Below the pieces are notes generated by a model. It was given only the letters and a program-made list of their open reading frames with translations, was not told the DNA's origin and searched no databases. A DNA stretch of 61,702 bases, the filler included, from Sphacelaria rigidula (Eukaryota), in assembly GCA_964200075.2 (NCBI GenBank). It is 10 parts of 10 records of this genome, joined end to end, with 100 filler letters (N's around TTAATTAATTAA, not from the genome) between each part and the next. Parts side by side here need not be neighbours in the genome. Positions count along the whole stretch, not along the records: positions 37,083 to 43,162 come from CAXNAA020022374.1; positions 43,263 to 49,342 come from CAXNAA020022375.1; positions 49,443 to 55,522 come from CAXNAA020022376.1; 7 more parts are not named here. The stretch is one strand, 5' to 3'. A program made the position numbers and the translations under genes. Positions 37,083-49,599 of the stretch are shown here, in pieces (within the stretch, counting starts at the first letter, position 1; each line of letters opens with the position of its first letter).

Positions 37083-38130
37083 GGGGCGTACTCATTCGTT
37101 GCTTGCCTTAGTCGTTTGACCATTGACCACGCATCCCTTTCGAGACGGAGCAACCCCATTGGGGGGGGGGGGCATGATTTTGCATGCCGTAGTCAAATGA
37201 CCATTGACCTTGCACCCTTACAAAGCCTGGACGGAGTACGCGGAGTTTTTGCCGGACCAGACTCGCAATTAATCACCAAGCGCGAAGTGTCGTGATGTTT
37301 CTGGCGAGTCGCATTAAGGATGAGCTGCATCATTCTAAGATTGTGTGGCCCGAAGCTTATTAAGCATCTTGCATATGGGCGACAGCCTCACATGAGTTGC
37401 TTCATTTTCTGGTATCGCCACATGCAGAGACAGCCATGGGATCCACAGTGCCTCATGGGTGTGTCGCCATTACACACTACGTGGTATGATCATCCCCTGT
37501 GCGCATGATTGAGGTTCTCCCATCCCGCACAACATGACGTAGCTCGACCACCATCATGGCTACCGCAAAAAAACAACGCAAATGAGCAAAACAAACGGTG
37601 AGCTGGTTGTCTAGCTTACGCAGTGAGTGGTGTGTTTTACAGTGTCTTCGCCAATCGACGCCAACCCCATAGGGGGTCCATCCCCACGAAGCCGGGACGG
37701 AGCACGCCGGGTTTTCGCCAGACCAGCTAACCCTATTGGGGTGGTGCGCACTCATTTGCTGCTCGCCTTAGTCGTTTGACCATTGACCACACATCCCTTT
37801 CAAAACGGAGCACCATTCCTACTCCCAGTAGAGACACCTCCAACATTTCGGTGCTCATTACGTTTATTTCACACATTACACGAAAACCTTTTACATATCG
37901 TATCCCCTTCCTAATTCACCGTCTGTGGCCCCCATCTATCTGCTAGCATAGCGATTGTTCTCTCGCTACTGTCTAATGTACCAAACGATTTCATGCCGCC
38001 TTGGTGCGGGGGGGAGGGGAATGGTGTTGGCACGGGAGAGGCGAGCGATGGGGGGTGGGGCGTGCTCATTTGTTGCGCGCCTTAGTCGTTTCACTATCGA
38101 CCACGCATCCCTTTCGAGACGGAGCGGGCG
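37083..38130 (-). mobile_element. Cluster of five co-oriented LINE and partner-element 3' ends separated by G/C-rich runs
   Basis: LINE tail 37083-37153; full partner element 37173-37668; partner fragment about 37680-37725; LINE 3' fragment about 37737-38000; LINE tail about 38050-38126. Confidence 0.85.
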
Positions 38131-38849
38131 GTTGGGGGAGGCGGCTGGAAAGCTCCGGCTGTAGCGGGCTCCACGGTAGCACTGACGTCGTCTGTGGCGT
38201 CGTCTGCAACAGAAAACGAAACCCCCCGCTCGGGACGCCTTGGCAGGTAATATTTTTGCATGGAATGTTCAGTTTATTTTGGCAAGCGCCGAGCTTCGTC
38301 AAGTCCGGGCTTTCTGAATTAGTTTCCCGGCTGCACGTTTGAATCTCGATTCTCCTCTCGATATATTGTCTTTATTTTAGTGTTGTGTGAACAGTCCCGC
38401 GAATAGCACTATTATACATCCGTCAACGCTGTGTTATCCTCATCGTTTCGCAAATGGGATTTCCGAGAAAAATTGCGTCGAGCCGCTGTACCTGTGACGA
38501 TCGTCGCTGGCGAGTCTACAGATTATTGCGCCGCACAAATCAGGTACGAGAGTATTCCCATCATGAACCCTTGGCGTTGACGTACCGTGAGGCATTCGAA
38601 CCGCTGTCTGCCGAGTGAAGCTACTGTAATACGCAGATGACGAGTAACGACATCGCTTACAACATGTTGAATGCTCCCCTTCGGTGATGTCGATCGCACG
38701 TGGGAACCTCGACTAAAGGTTACAATACAACACCCCGCACCCCCCGCCCCTTCATACTGAATTATGCGGGGAGCTCTCACGCCCGTTACCGTCGCGGAAT
38801 GGTTCACCCGAACGCCAGCGCCCGATCTCAGCAAGTTGCCCTACGGCCG

Positions 38850-39830
38850 ACAGTACATACTTATTGTCCCGAACTTGGCAACTCATGCGGACCTTCTCAC
38901 GCAAGATGAAAATATCGGTATCCGGTTGTAAGCGAGCGTGTTGGCGGACCTTTCAAACGCCGTGGTCAACACGGGCTCACTCACCATTTCTCTCGTAAAT
39001 ACCTGCAGATGGTGACGCATTTTATTTTCCAGCTGTATTTTTGTCCAGAGGCCGTTGTCGAAACCTCGGAGCCGTTTTTTCGGGAAAGTGGGCTAGATCC
39101 CTCCCGGTGGGTCGAAACAAATTGTCCAAGACGTGTGATGGCGATGTTCTCTGTTCTGCGGCCAAGAACCGTGTCAAATGTCTCAAGATTGGAAAAAACG
39201 AGCCCAAAAAATACGAACCGTAGGAAGCGGCCTGAGTATCAGTATAAGGGGGCCACAGGGAATTCGATGTCGTGTGGAGACACCCAGGGATTCTTGCGTT
39301 TTGAGCCTTCTGCACCCCTCCACGCGTGACCACATTTTGCAGTCTGCAGACACACGGGTGCTGAGGGCCCACTGTTCTAGCCACAGCAGGATGCTGATCA
39401 CCTTGCTGCACTGGTGCTTGGAAACGGCGTGTACACTGCGTGCGTATCCGATCCGGTGATGATATATTGCAAGCAGGCATGCAGGGTGCCGGCGCCGCTT
39501 GTGGTGCCGCTTGCAACCGTGGATTGTTCGTTCGGACAGACGATATTTCTTTCGTCGTTGAACCTGACGTTCTGCCCGTCGGCGTTCCGCAAACCAACGT
39601 GTCCGCTATCACGAACGCTGGCCTCGCGGCGCTGGTGAAGAACACCAACAGTGAAGGTAGTAGCCATCAACGAACGATCAGTAGTGACCACGTTGGCTAC
39701 GCAGTTCCATTTGGAGATCCAGTTCCATCTGTTGATGAAGGTACACATGTTATCAACTGTTGCGAATGTCGATGCTACCTTTCGGTGATTGTAGCCTCCT
39801 TTTGTCCAAAGTCTCGTTCGCAAGTACATT
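38850..39830 (-). pseudogene. Decayed coding sequence, possibly a Plavaka-like DNA transposase
   Basis: Frameshifted protein-like pieces (VASTFATVDNMCTFINRWNW; QHPCVCRLQNVVTRGG; PTFPKKRLRGFDNGLWTKIQLENKMRHHLQVF) only loosely resemble Plavaka motifs. Needs an HMM search. Confidence 0.25.
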
Positions 39831-41138
39831 CATCCGCTTAGCTCCTACATAAAATGTCTTGGGCATTGCAGCTCAATGTGTTTGTCACTCATCATGTGGG
39901 CGGGGCCACCACACCCCTTGTGTATCTTGCGCTTTGCTCCGATGTCCGCTCGGTATTGTCACCGGGCAATGAACGAAGCTACTTCTGAACATGTTCTTGA
40001 CGTACTGTACCGCAGCATACCTCGGTGTCTCTCCTACTTGCGGGGGTCGGATTTGCATGCGTACGGGCCCTGCGCTTCCAATGATCTCGACAAAACGTTT
40101 GCTGGAAGCTTTCGACAATACCACAAAGCTCCTACGCACTCTACGAGTAGAGACGATGAAAAATGACTTGATTTCGCAGATATATCGTCGGCGCCACCGC
40201 TTCGCGAGAATTCTGTGCTACTCATGAGTCTGTCACGGCGGGTGCAGTGCTTGCCCTCATGCAGGACCTCACAAGCCCTTGGTGCTACGGCAACTCGTCG
40301 TACGTTACCGCTACAAAACTTGATGTAGAGCAAAACGTAAAAACTGACATACCTATCAGGAAACAAAATCCAGGGTGCCTGACAATGCGCGTGGGTTGCT
40401 TAACGACTCAAGCGATGTAGCTGTTTTCAAGGTACAGTATGAAAGGAGGTCAAGAAGAGCACAGAGCTGTCGGTGTGTATCCGTTGAACACAGTTGCTAA
40501 TAACGACGAGAAAGTCGGGTTTCTCAAAAACGCAACCTCTTTCGTACACTTGTTGCATACGCACCCGCGGCCGCGGCCGCGGGAAAATGATGTATAATAT
40601 GCGGAAATTGACTCGATTTCAGCTTTTTCGGTGGGTTTGGGTCTGGTGAAGGATGGTCAACTTCGACTCCCGACGTTTGTACTTCGTCCATGCGCATTCG
40701 AAGACGCCATACACACATGGTTCACGATTGAGTAACTCCATTCCCGCTTTCTTGCTCGAGTTGAGGTTGTCGAAACATGGAGTCCCATTACGTGCTGTGC
40801 ACTTCATGAACACATTCTCACACGAAAGCACCATCTACGCAAAAACTGACCGGAAGTGACTTTTGCGCTCCTCCTGACATTTCCAGAAGCCGTCCTGATG
40901 GCGGATATTGAATATCGACTTGGTTCGCCGGGTCCCCCTCAAATGGGCGATTCTCAGGAACAGCGCAGGTCATCGTAGTCAATCCTTCTTTGCTTCTACT
41001 TTCGGGCTCACTTCTTCGTGGCGGATCCTCATCCGTCAAAAACGTACGAAGTATGTCCCCTATTTCACCCAGCATCACTTTTACGTGGCGGATCCCCACC
41101 CTCAATATAGGCGAGTACTCGCTTGCTTCTTCAATGAC

Positions 41139-41140
<2 letters not shown>

Positions 41141-41215
<75 letters not shown>

Positions 41216-41246
41216 GTGTGTGTGTGTGCGCGCGCGCGCGCGCGTG
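41141..41246. repeat. (TG)n(CG)n microsatellite
   Basis: Direct reading. Confidence 0.95.
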
Positions 41247-42205
41247 TATACAATAACAGGCAAGCTACGAGTCATGCTACGATAGTAGTGGGATGTGGGG
41301 GGTGATTCCGCAAGCAAAAGGCTCATGCGGTAGGTGTGACTACCTAACAAACTCGCGGTGCGCTTGTTTCGGGGTGAAAATAGATGGTGCCAAGCTGCAC
41401 GAGTGTACGTTACTTGTCGGCAGCAAGCTAATTCGAACAACCGTTCCCGCTTTCGATGACGATTTTGATGTGAAATCTTGCAGAAGAAATGACCGAAAAT
41501 ACCCCCCAACCCCCTTCGCGGATCGTAGCATGATTTCTGCGTCTTCTGCTTGTTCGGAATCTTCATTTTTCTGGTACCTCGTACCCGATGGGATTCTTGA
41601 AGTCGCTGGGCACGAAGGAATGTTGATGGTGAGTAAAGCGTTTGCTCGTAAGTATATCATTTTTCGTTGTCTCACTGGTAAGTTGAAGAGCTTGCCATTT
41701 GAGCCTGCCATTTATTGTACTCCCCCAAATTATACCAAGAAAGGTGTAACCGCCCCTATTAATAGCCTGAATATTTGCCTCAGCTGCATATTAGGGGCAA
41801 AAGATTGAGGCTGCAAGCTCATCAAAGAAAAAACTCAACCGCGTTGTTACAGTCATACACAACAACTGATTATCGAGATGGGGCGCCCGGGCCTTATCCT
41901 CCTGGGTTTTGTTTTTGGCACGCTTTCAGCATGTGAGATGTTGATTTTCGGGGAAGCGACGAGGATGCTAATATTATACAGTTTTGGAAAGTCCCAAGTG
42001 CATTATTTTAGGCGGCGCAATTTTGGTGGGTATAACAACACGGGTGGCCACTGGTACACGTTATATCAAGAGGTTACGGCCGACCTTCCGTAACGTAGTC
42101 TATCCACATTTTGGAACCTGAAAGGTTCTGTGACGTACCCGCGTAACGTCTGAGCCGAGGTTACGTAACGTTCGTAACCACAAGGTGAAAGGTCATGGAA
42201 GGTGC

Positions 42206-42497
42206 CTGTTCGCTTCCTGAACAAAATATATGTTATGTGGTCCGTCCCGGCATGACACTTCAGTGATCCCCGGGGCTTCCTGCCTCTCACAGGTTTCACT
42301 GCGTCCCCATTACAAATCCCACCAACAACCGATCTTCTGGAGTCTCGAACCCCCGACTTCTTCCACAAGCGGGCATTTGACCATTGAGTCACTAGTGAGC
42401 GCGCACTACTCCAAAGGGTAAACTGTTCGCTTCCTGAACAAAAGATACGCTGTGCGTGGTCCGTCCCGGCATGACACATCAGTGATCTCCGGGGGCC
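42206..42497. repeat. About 72-bp direct repeat pair (42206-42277, 42423-42497)
   Basis: CTGTTCGCTTCCTGAACAAAA...GTGGTCCGTCCCGGCATGACAC.TCAGTGATC.CCGGGG present twice. Confidence 0.85.
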
Positions 42498-43715
42498 CTC
42501 CAGCCATAGCTACGTGCTCGGACTCGGTGGTTGACAGGGTAACGCAGTGTTGCGTTCGACTAGTGTGCTCGATACTGCTATCCGTCCGTACATCACCGCT
42601 ACCCCGGAGAAGATTTTACTTCTCCGGGTTCTCATCCTTTTTAAAAAAAATCCATCCCCAATTTGTAAAATCACGTCAAGAGTCTTATGAGGTGCTGAAA
42701 TGATCAAGGTTATAGAAGGGGGCAGCGAAAAAAAAAGTCAGGACACGTGGGCCCCAAGATCGAAAATTCGAGTTTTTGAGGGCGGGGGGGGGGGGCACCC
42801 AGCCGTGTGTCCCCTGGTTTTTTGCCGAAGCGTTGGCGGATGCGATCAGCTGCCGTAGACAGTAGAGATCCTTATATATCATATATCATATATTATATAT
42901 CATATATTATATTTCATGTATTATATTTCATATTCTATATTTCATATAATACAGAGCTATAATATAGCTCTATATTATACAAATGCTTCTCCTCAATATA
43001 TACTACATTATATACTCCGTATGTTATAAACAAAATATTTATATATTATAAATCATATAAATCATATAAATATATGAATATTTGTCAAGGGGCAAGCGAC
43101 GGTTTAAGAGACAACCAACTAGACTAATGACAAGTCAGCGCTGACTTGTCAGTAGTCTAGTTNNNNNNNNNNNNNNNNNNNNNNNNNNNNNNNNNNNNNN
43201 NNNNNNTTAATTAATTAANNNNNNNNNNNNNNNNNNNNNNNNNNNNNNNNNNNNNNNNNNNNATACGAAGATTGTAATCCTCCGGGTTCTCATCCTCAAT
43301 CAAAAGCACCACCCTCAACATAGATGATCGGCTGTTACAAGAGCAACATCATGAAGGTCCGTTGCGGGAACGTGACATCAGCATAATACGTTTGTTTGCT
43401 AGAATAGGATCAGTTGGCAGATAATGTGTGTGTTGACGACAGAATGCTCGTTGGGCCTCGGTTTACGCCCGAGACCGCTGTACCGAATGCTTCAGTGTCC
43501 AATAACAGATGACTGTTGCTGGGCAAACAAAGTACGCGTTGTGTTCGACGTATTCTTCTGTGGCGTTTAGGCTCCAAGTAAACAACGACCGAGATATTTT
43601 ATATAGATCGAAACTCGAATTACTTACCCTAAAAATTGACAGGGTCTCATGTTAGGAAAACAAAATATTTCCTGTTTGAATTGACTGGGTCAGGAGGGTT
43701 TCTTGGCGTCTGGTA

Positions 43716-44088
43716 TATTATGTGGGGTGGAGAACCTGAACTCCGCGCAAAGGGGGTGATTGTACTACGTAGTGTTTATATGGTGAAATAGCCATTAGGC
43801 AGTGTGAACCCGTGGCTGTCTCTGGAAGTAGCGAAACCAAAAAATAAAGCAACTAATTCGAGGCGGTCATCCATGTGCGAGTCATTCTGTACGCTTAGGG
43901 CCGAGCAATCGCATCAAGAGGCAGCTCACCCTTCATGCGACTCGCCGAACATGTCACGGCGCTCCGGGCCGAGGGATTGATTGCGAACCTGGTCCGGCGA
44001 ACCCGGCGTGCTCCGTCCCGGCGTTGTAGAGATGCTTGGTCAAAAGTCCCATGACTAACATACGGCATCCAAGATCATGAGTACACCA
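43716..44088 (+). mobile_element. Partner element, 5'-truncated diverged copy
   Basis: Aligns with the reverse complement of 50436-50800 (CCGTGGCTGTCTCTGGAAGT, TTCATGCGACTCGCCG, GTGCTCCGTCCCGG, AAGATCATGAGTAC). Confidence 0.75.
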
Positions 44089-44257
44089 CGCAGGGCTTTC
44101 GCTGTTTGATACTTCGAAATCCTATCCCGATACATTACCGCACTTCCGCGAAGATTTTGTGCACGACCATCACCGCGCTCAAACCAGGCAATGATCAGTA
44201 ATCTGTTCATGGTGTAACTTTCCGTCCCGTGCCCGCACCTTGCTATTTCCTTTGTAG

Positions 44258-46032
44258 GTGAAGTACGAAGACGTTCAGCACCTAATGTTCGCCAAGACGA
44301 CCAAGTTGGTGAACGCCGTCCCTCATCGCTGGATATCTGTATGCCAAGTACTACAATAGAGGAGGTTCTCCGCAACTGGGCGGCACTTGAAGAGCGCTTC
44401 CAGAAAAACGAGCGCGGCGCCACTTTTCTCTCTGGCGGCACACAAAACGGAGATAGAGGAGCTGTACAGCTTGATGAAACCGATGTCTGTGTTGATGAAG
44501 ACGAGCCAACAGACGGGAGTGCCGACAGGCCTTGACACTTTCCTCGCCCTCGTCATGCTCCGCTGTTCCACGCTGGACGTCAAGAAGCCGCTCGCCATCA
44601 CGGTATCCCGCAAGACTCTAGAAGGGGACGCCGGCACCACAGAAACGACAACCGTCAACCGCCCGCCCGAAAACCTGACGTCGGTGATCACCAAAACTTA
44701 TAAGATGCTGCTGGACGCAGTGAACAAAGTGCTTCTTTGATAAGCGATACAACGGAGCGGTGGTTGGAAACCCACCGCCGGGCTAAGTCTTCGAAATGGC
44801 GGCATGCATGAGCCCTTGCTTGATGTGGCTTCCGGCGGTGTGTAACAACGAGGGAGAAGCGCAGCGCGTCAGCAAGGTAATCAAGGACAAGGTGGTGGAC
44901 CTCCTGGTGAGCATGGCTGAGGAAGTAGGTGACGGGCAGGAAAAGGAACCTCAGGACAACGGCAGCAACGGCGATAACGGTGATAACGGCGGCAAGTCTA
45001 CCGCACCGGGCGAGAAGCGGAAGCACGGACTTTTCTCCACCGTGACCCCACCCAGCAAGAAAACGAGTGAGGCGAAGAAGAGATAACTCGCCAGCGGTGT
45101 ATTCGGCGATTGCTCGAGCAACACCAAAAATACGGGGCCGGTCGTCCTGACCACGCGGCAGATTTGCCAGCAGGAGTTCGATCACTTCCAAATGCGATTC
45201 GACGGTGCGTACGTAGACAACTACCCGGTGGCGCACCTACTCGACTTCTGGGCGGGCGAGGGGGGGTCGCTTTACCCGAATATGGCTCGCACTGCTCGAG
45301 TCCTGACGTCTATGCCGGCATCGTCTGCCGTTCTCGAAAGGGACCTCAGCACCGCTGGGCGTCGTATCACCGGGTCCCGAGGCAGGCTTGATTTGGCATA
45401 TGCGGAGATGGTGTTGTTCTTCCGTGGGAACCACGCGTACATCCGCGTGGAAGTTCCCGCTCTATCGACGGAGCAAGCGCTGCAAGCGGTACCAAGGCGG
45501 CTCTCTGATCCTAGGGCGGAGATCGGAGGTCTTTCTTCGGCGAATACGGAGCGGGATGATGACTTCGACGAGAACGCAGTCGAGATGTCCAACTACGTTG
45601 GGACGGGATGGTGATGAAGGATGTGCAATTTTTCCCAGCAAGGGTATTTTTCATAACCTTGATTGGTTGTCCAATATGCCTTTCTTCTCTGTTGGCGATA
45701 CTTGCCTTTATTCTTGTACCTTCTGTTGAGTTGAGGCTCTTGCCTGCATGGTTTTCAAGGGTCGAGTGAGTTAATTCGTCTGGAAATTGCTTGATTTTAG
45801 TGTAGTCAATTTGTACCGTACGAAGCAACCCTTACGCTTTGTTTTCAGTGTTGCAACCCAGGTACGCGCACCCTAGGCACGTGGAAATACGCAAACGTTG
45901 CGTGGATACCCCTCGGACCAGCGGTCAACTGTTTTCTCCCTTTTGGGAAATCAGGCCTGAAAAATCGTGAATTTGGTAATTCCAACCGGTCATGATTCGT
46001 CCGAATCGTGATGGCTGCACAACACACCCAAC
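44258..46032 (+). mobile_element. hAT (Ac-like) DNA transposon: decayed transposase C-terminal half and 3' terminal region
   Basis: KLVNAVPHRW..STTIEEVLRNW (TRWNS-equivalent) and LLDFWAGEGGSLYPNMARTARVLTSMPASSAVLERDLSTAGRRITGSRGRL (hAT dimerisation domain, ends 45614); frameshifts and stops. 45755-46030 is homologous to 56895-57190 in reverse orientation. Confidence 0.88.
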
Positions 46033-46409
46033 ATTTGATTGCTTATCCCTTTGACCGCGAGGGCAGGAGGTTTCTGAATCGGCATCATTCACACCCGAGA
46101 AATGTAGTGAATTACAGTAGGCGCCCGCACTCAAGAACCGCTTATTTTGCGTGAGGCTCAAGGCTTATGTATTGCCTCAACCCGAGCACCTGTTCTTATT
46201 TGCCTAGTTCTTACTTTGGCCAGGCACTACTCGTCCCTGAAAACGCGGGTTCTTGTTCTTATTTCAACACCCAGTGCTCCAGGGGGGTATGGCAACGTCC
46301 GTTCGTGGTGAACTACAGGACTCTGAGTACTTGACATGAGTATTAAATTCGCACCCTCCGCTTGTCGATTGGAAAACGCTTGTCAGCACAACAGACACTC
46401 GAACGCGTC

Positions 46410-47237
46410 GCAGCATCACGATCACTGGAAAGTACAAGTATATCACAACAAACGTTCGCAGAAGAGTTGGCACGGAAACTCAATGTTGAGGTAGGTAACA
46501 GTATTCCGATGAAGCCCGGTGTGAAGCTTGAAGAGTTCAGAGAACACGAAGAGCCAACGGAACTACCTTTCAGAGAACTGGTGGGATCACTCATGTGGCT
46601 GGCCACTCGAACACGGCCAGACATATCTAATGCAGTACGAGCAGTAGCAAGGTATTGTGCGTGTCCCAGAATCCTACATTGGCGTGCAGCGATTGGTATT
46701 TTGGGATATGTGAAACGGACCAGTACACTTGGGATTACCTACCGTGGAGGAAGTTTGCAGGGAATGAGCCTTCAGGCGTTTGCTGATGCTGATTACGCCA
46801 GCATAGCAGCGGACAGGCGTTCGGTGTCTGGGGGGCTAATCATGTGTGGTGGCGGATGTGTTTCTTGGTTATTCAGAACATAAAAATGCGTAACGCTATC
46901 TACATCGGAGGCAGAATACGTAGCCGTGACTGACGTGTTGAAGGAGGTAATGTTTCTCAGACAGGTATGGCAATTTATGTTGCCTCAGGTTGGAGTACCA
47001 TGTATTCCGTTGTTCGAGGATAATCAGGGAGCCGTTCAACTAGCACAGAATCCCATGACCATCTCGAACTCCAAGCATATCGACGTTAGATATCATCTCA
47101 TCAGGGAAGTAGTATCGAGGAAGGAGATTTCGATTATCCACGTAAGATCGGAATATCAACATGCTGATTTCTTGACAAAGGTGTTGCCCACAGAGGTCTT
47201 TGAATTTCATCGTAATTATGTCATGAGTATTATGTGA
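46410..47237 (+). mobile_element. Ty1/copia pol 3' end (RT C-terminus plus RNase H) with a premature stop
   Basis: PFRELVGSLMWLATRTRPDISNAV, AFADADYA..DRRSVSG, FRT*KCVTLSTSEAEYVA (TAA at 46881-46883), FEDNQGA, SKHIDVRYH, QHADFLTK. Confidence 0.95.
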
Positions 47238-47370
47238 ACTATTGAGATATTTTATGAGGCAAGGGGCACAGGTTTCGGGAGGAGCACAAAATATTCGAGG
47301 TAATATTTGCTGAAAATATTCAGGTTTCATATTTTATGTTTGTTGGGTTTTTAATGTGACCTGAGATAAG

Positions 47371-48037
47371 TGATGAGGGTTTTGGGGAAAACGAAATATT
47401 GGTATTTATTTTCTGGGTAACTTACGATTTTTATATCATATATTTATGGAGTTTGACCATGGCTTGAATTTTTCCATTTTTGTGTCGGATAATTATTATT
47501 TTTCATTCCGGTTTTCAATGGTATAGGTTTTCAAGTCATGGCTGAGCCGTGAACAGGGGGGCTAATCGACTATGCTCACGCTCTGCCATGGGCAACAGAA
47601 ACGCAGGATACAGTGCGGTACAAATAGCATGGACCATGTTGCAATTGCGGAGGGTTAGGTGACCAATCAGAGGGATGATATATAATGACGTAGGTTATGC
47701 GAGTACAGTCACGTGTGCAGTACGAGCATCCTGATCGAGCACCGCCCTCCTCAGTCAGTTCATCTTGGTCCATCTTAGTTCTGGGTTCTGGGTGCCAACT
47801 GCCTGCCTTGCTCTGGGGGTTAACATAAGTGTACATAGTGAGTCTGTGAGAGTGATACTGAAGTGAGAGGTATATTGAGCATGCATTACTGTGTGACTGA
47901 GTTGATTGGATTGTGTGAGAGTGAACAGGGTGAAGTGAAGAGATAATACAAACGTTCTGGAACATTGCTAACTGCCTGAGCCAAGGTGTTGACTGCTGTT
48001 CACCCACTTTATCTGTGAGGACACTTGCCCCTCATCA
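47371..48037 (+). repeat. Candidate copia LTR
   Basis: Lies between RNase H and gag. Ends CCCCTCATCA (48037), which is inverted-complementary to TGATGAGGG at 47371. A purine tract GAACAGGGGGG at 47551-47561 suggests an alternative start near 47562. Confidence 0.5.
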
Positions 48038-48245
48038 GAGCGGTCGATTACGCTAGCGTTAAGAGTCACCGCCGGTGCAGAAGGGTTTGAGATTGGAGAG
48101 AGTTTGAGCAAAAGGAGAGTTTGAGTCGAAGTGGGAGAGTTTGAGCAAGAGAAGGGTTTTAGTCGAGGAATATTTGAGAGAGGTGTGAAGTTTGACAGGT
48201 TTGATTACAGATTGAGCGAGGCTGATAATTTGACTAGGTTTTAAA

Positions 48246-49342
48246 ATGGAAGAGAGTCAACACCCCACGATGGAAGAACAAGTAAGATTTTTGACTGAAC
48301 AGTTGAGTGGGATGCAACAGAGCATGAACAACACAGCGGTGATGCATGCTAATACAGCACAGCAAGCACCGTTCCCCACTCCCCACGCCCCCAATTCTCA
48401 TCGCATTCGCAGCAACAAAAGCATCCTACCTTGGGATGAAAAAGCTGCCACATCTACCAATGTCAGGGATAGATTCGAGGTATTCAACATCCAGATGTGT
48501 GCCTATTTCAAGGATGAGAACTGCTATGACGCTTTGCTAGTTGAGAACCCCATCAGGGTTCACCATGAAAACGAGGACGATTTACGATCAACTTTTGGAA
48601 ACGAAGCAGTCGATAAGGCCAAGAGGGCTACGAGGATAATACTCGATAAAGTGACCTCTCCTCCCTTGGTGAGACATATCGATATGCTTGCGAGTCCAAG
48701 TCAAGCTTGGAATTATATCGTTCAGTACTACAGGATTCCAGAAGCCACGGAGAAAGCCAAGCTGGAACACGACTGGCAAACGTTGCAGATGGCCGACGGT
48801 GAATTGCCAATGAACTTTCTTTCGCGGGCCCAGTTTATTCGTACGAAGCGTGAAGAATTCGATGTAGTTCTCTCAGACTGTGAAGCGAACAGGCATATTG
48901 TAAGATGCCTTTCATCAGAATACGAGCACGAACGTAGGAACCTACTAGCATTACGGGAGATAAGCATAGATGAGGTAGCCCGCCAGCTAGGAAATGCGTA
49001 TGCAGAATCGCAGTTGTTGAAAGAAAGGCAGAACACAACCTTGAACCATGCACTTTCCGCCTCTAGTACTGGTGGAAGGGGCCATGGATCACCCGGCAGA
49101 AGGCAGAACGGGGGAAACCGCAGATCCCACAATCCGCAAAACCAACCCAACCACCACATCCCTTCCAACCCACATCGACCCAATTTCCATACCAACCATG
49201 GCTCACAGCAATACATCAGCAGTGGTCATGGTGGTCGAGGGGGATGGCATTCCCCGAGACAACAGCCATGGCGACCAAACAGTCCATGGAGTCACTCGGG
49301 ACCAGGCCGCGGTAGGGTTCACCAACCAAACCAAAGAACCTA
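48246..49342 (+). CDS. Ty1/copia Gag (UBN2/Retrotran_gag_2-like), open to the contig end
   Basis: Uninterrupted ORF of more than 360 aa with SPSQAWNYIVQYY..EKAKLEHDWQTLQMADGELPMNFLSRA and IVRCLSSEYE, followed by a G/R/N/H-rich region. Confidence 0.85.
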
Positions 49343-49442
49343 NNNNNNNNNNNNNNNNNNNNNNNNNNNNNNNNNNNNNNNNNNNNTTAATTAATTAANN
49401 NNNNNNNNNNNNNNNNNNNNNNNNNNNNNNNNNNNNNNNNNN

Positions 49443-49545
49443 CGGCAAAACCCCGGCGGTCTCCGTCCTGGCTTTGTAGGGATGCGACGTCAATGGTCAT
49501 ATGACTATGGGCATGCAAGATCATGAGTACCCCCCCCCTCCCCAT
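49443..49545 (+). mobile_element. 3' end of the partner element with C tail
   Basis: CTCCGTCCTGGCTTTGTAGGGATGCGACGTCAATGGTCATATGACTATGGGCATGCAAGATCATGAGTAC followed by a C-run. Confidence 0.8.
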
Positions 49546-49599
49546 TTCGGTCTCTTACCACCTTTTTGTTTCGCTGTTCAGATCACTCGTGCTGTTCAC

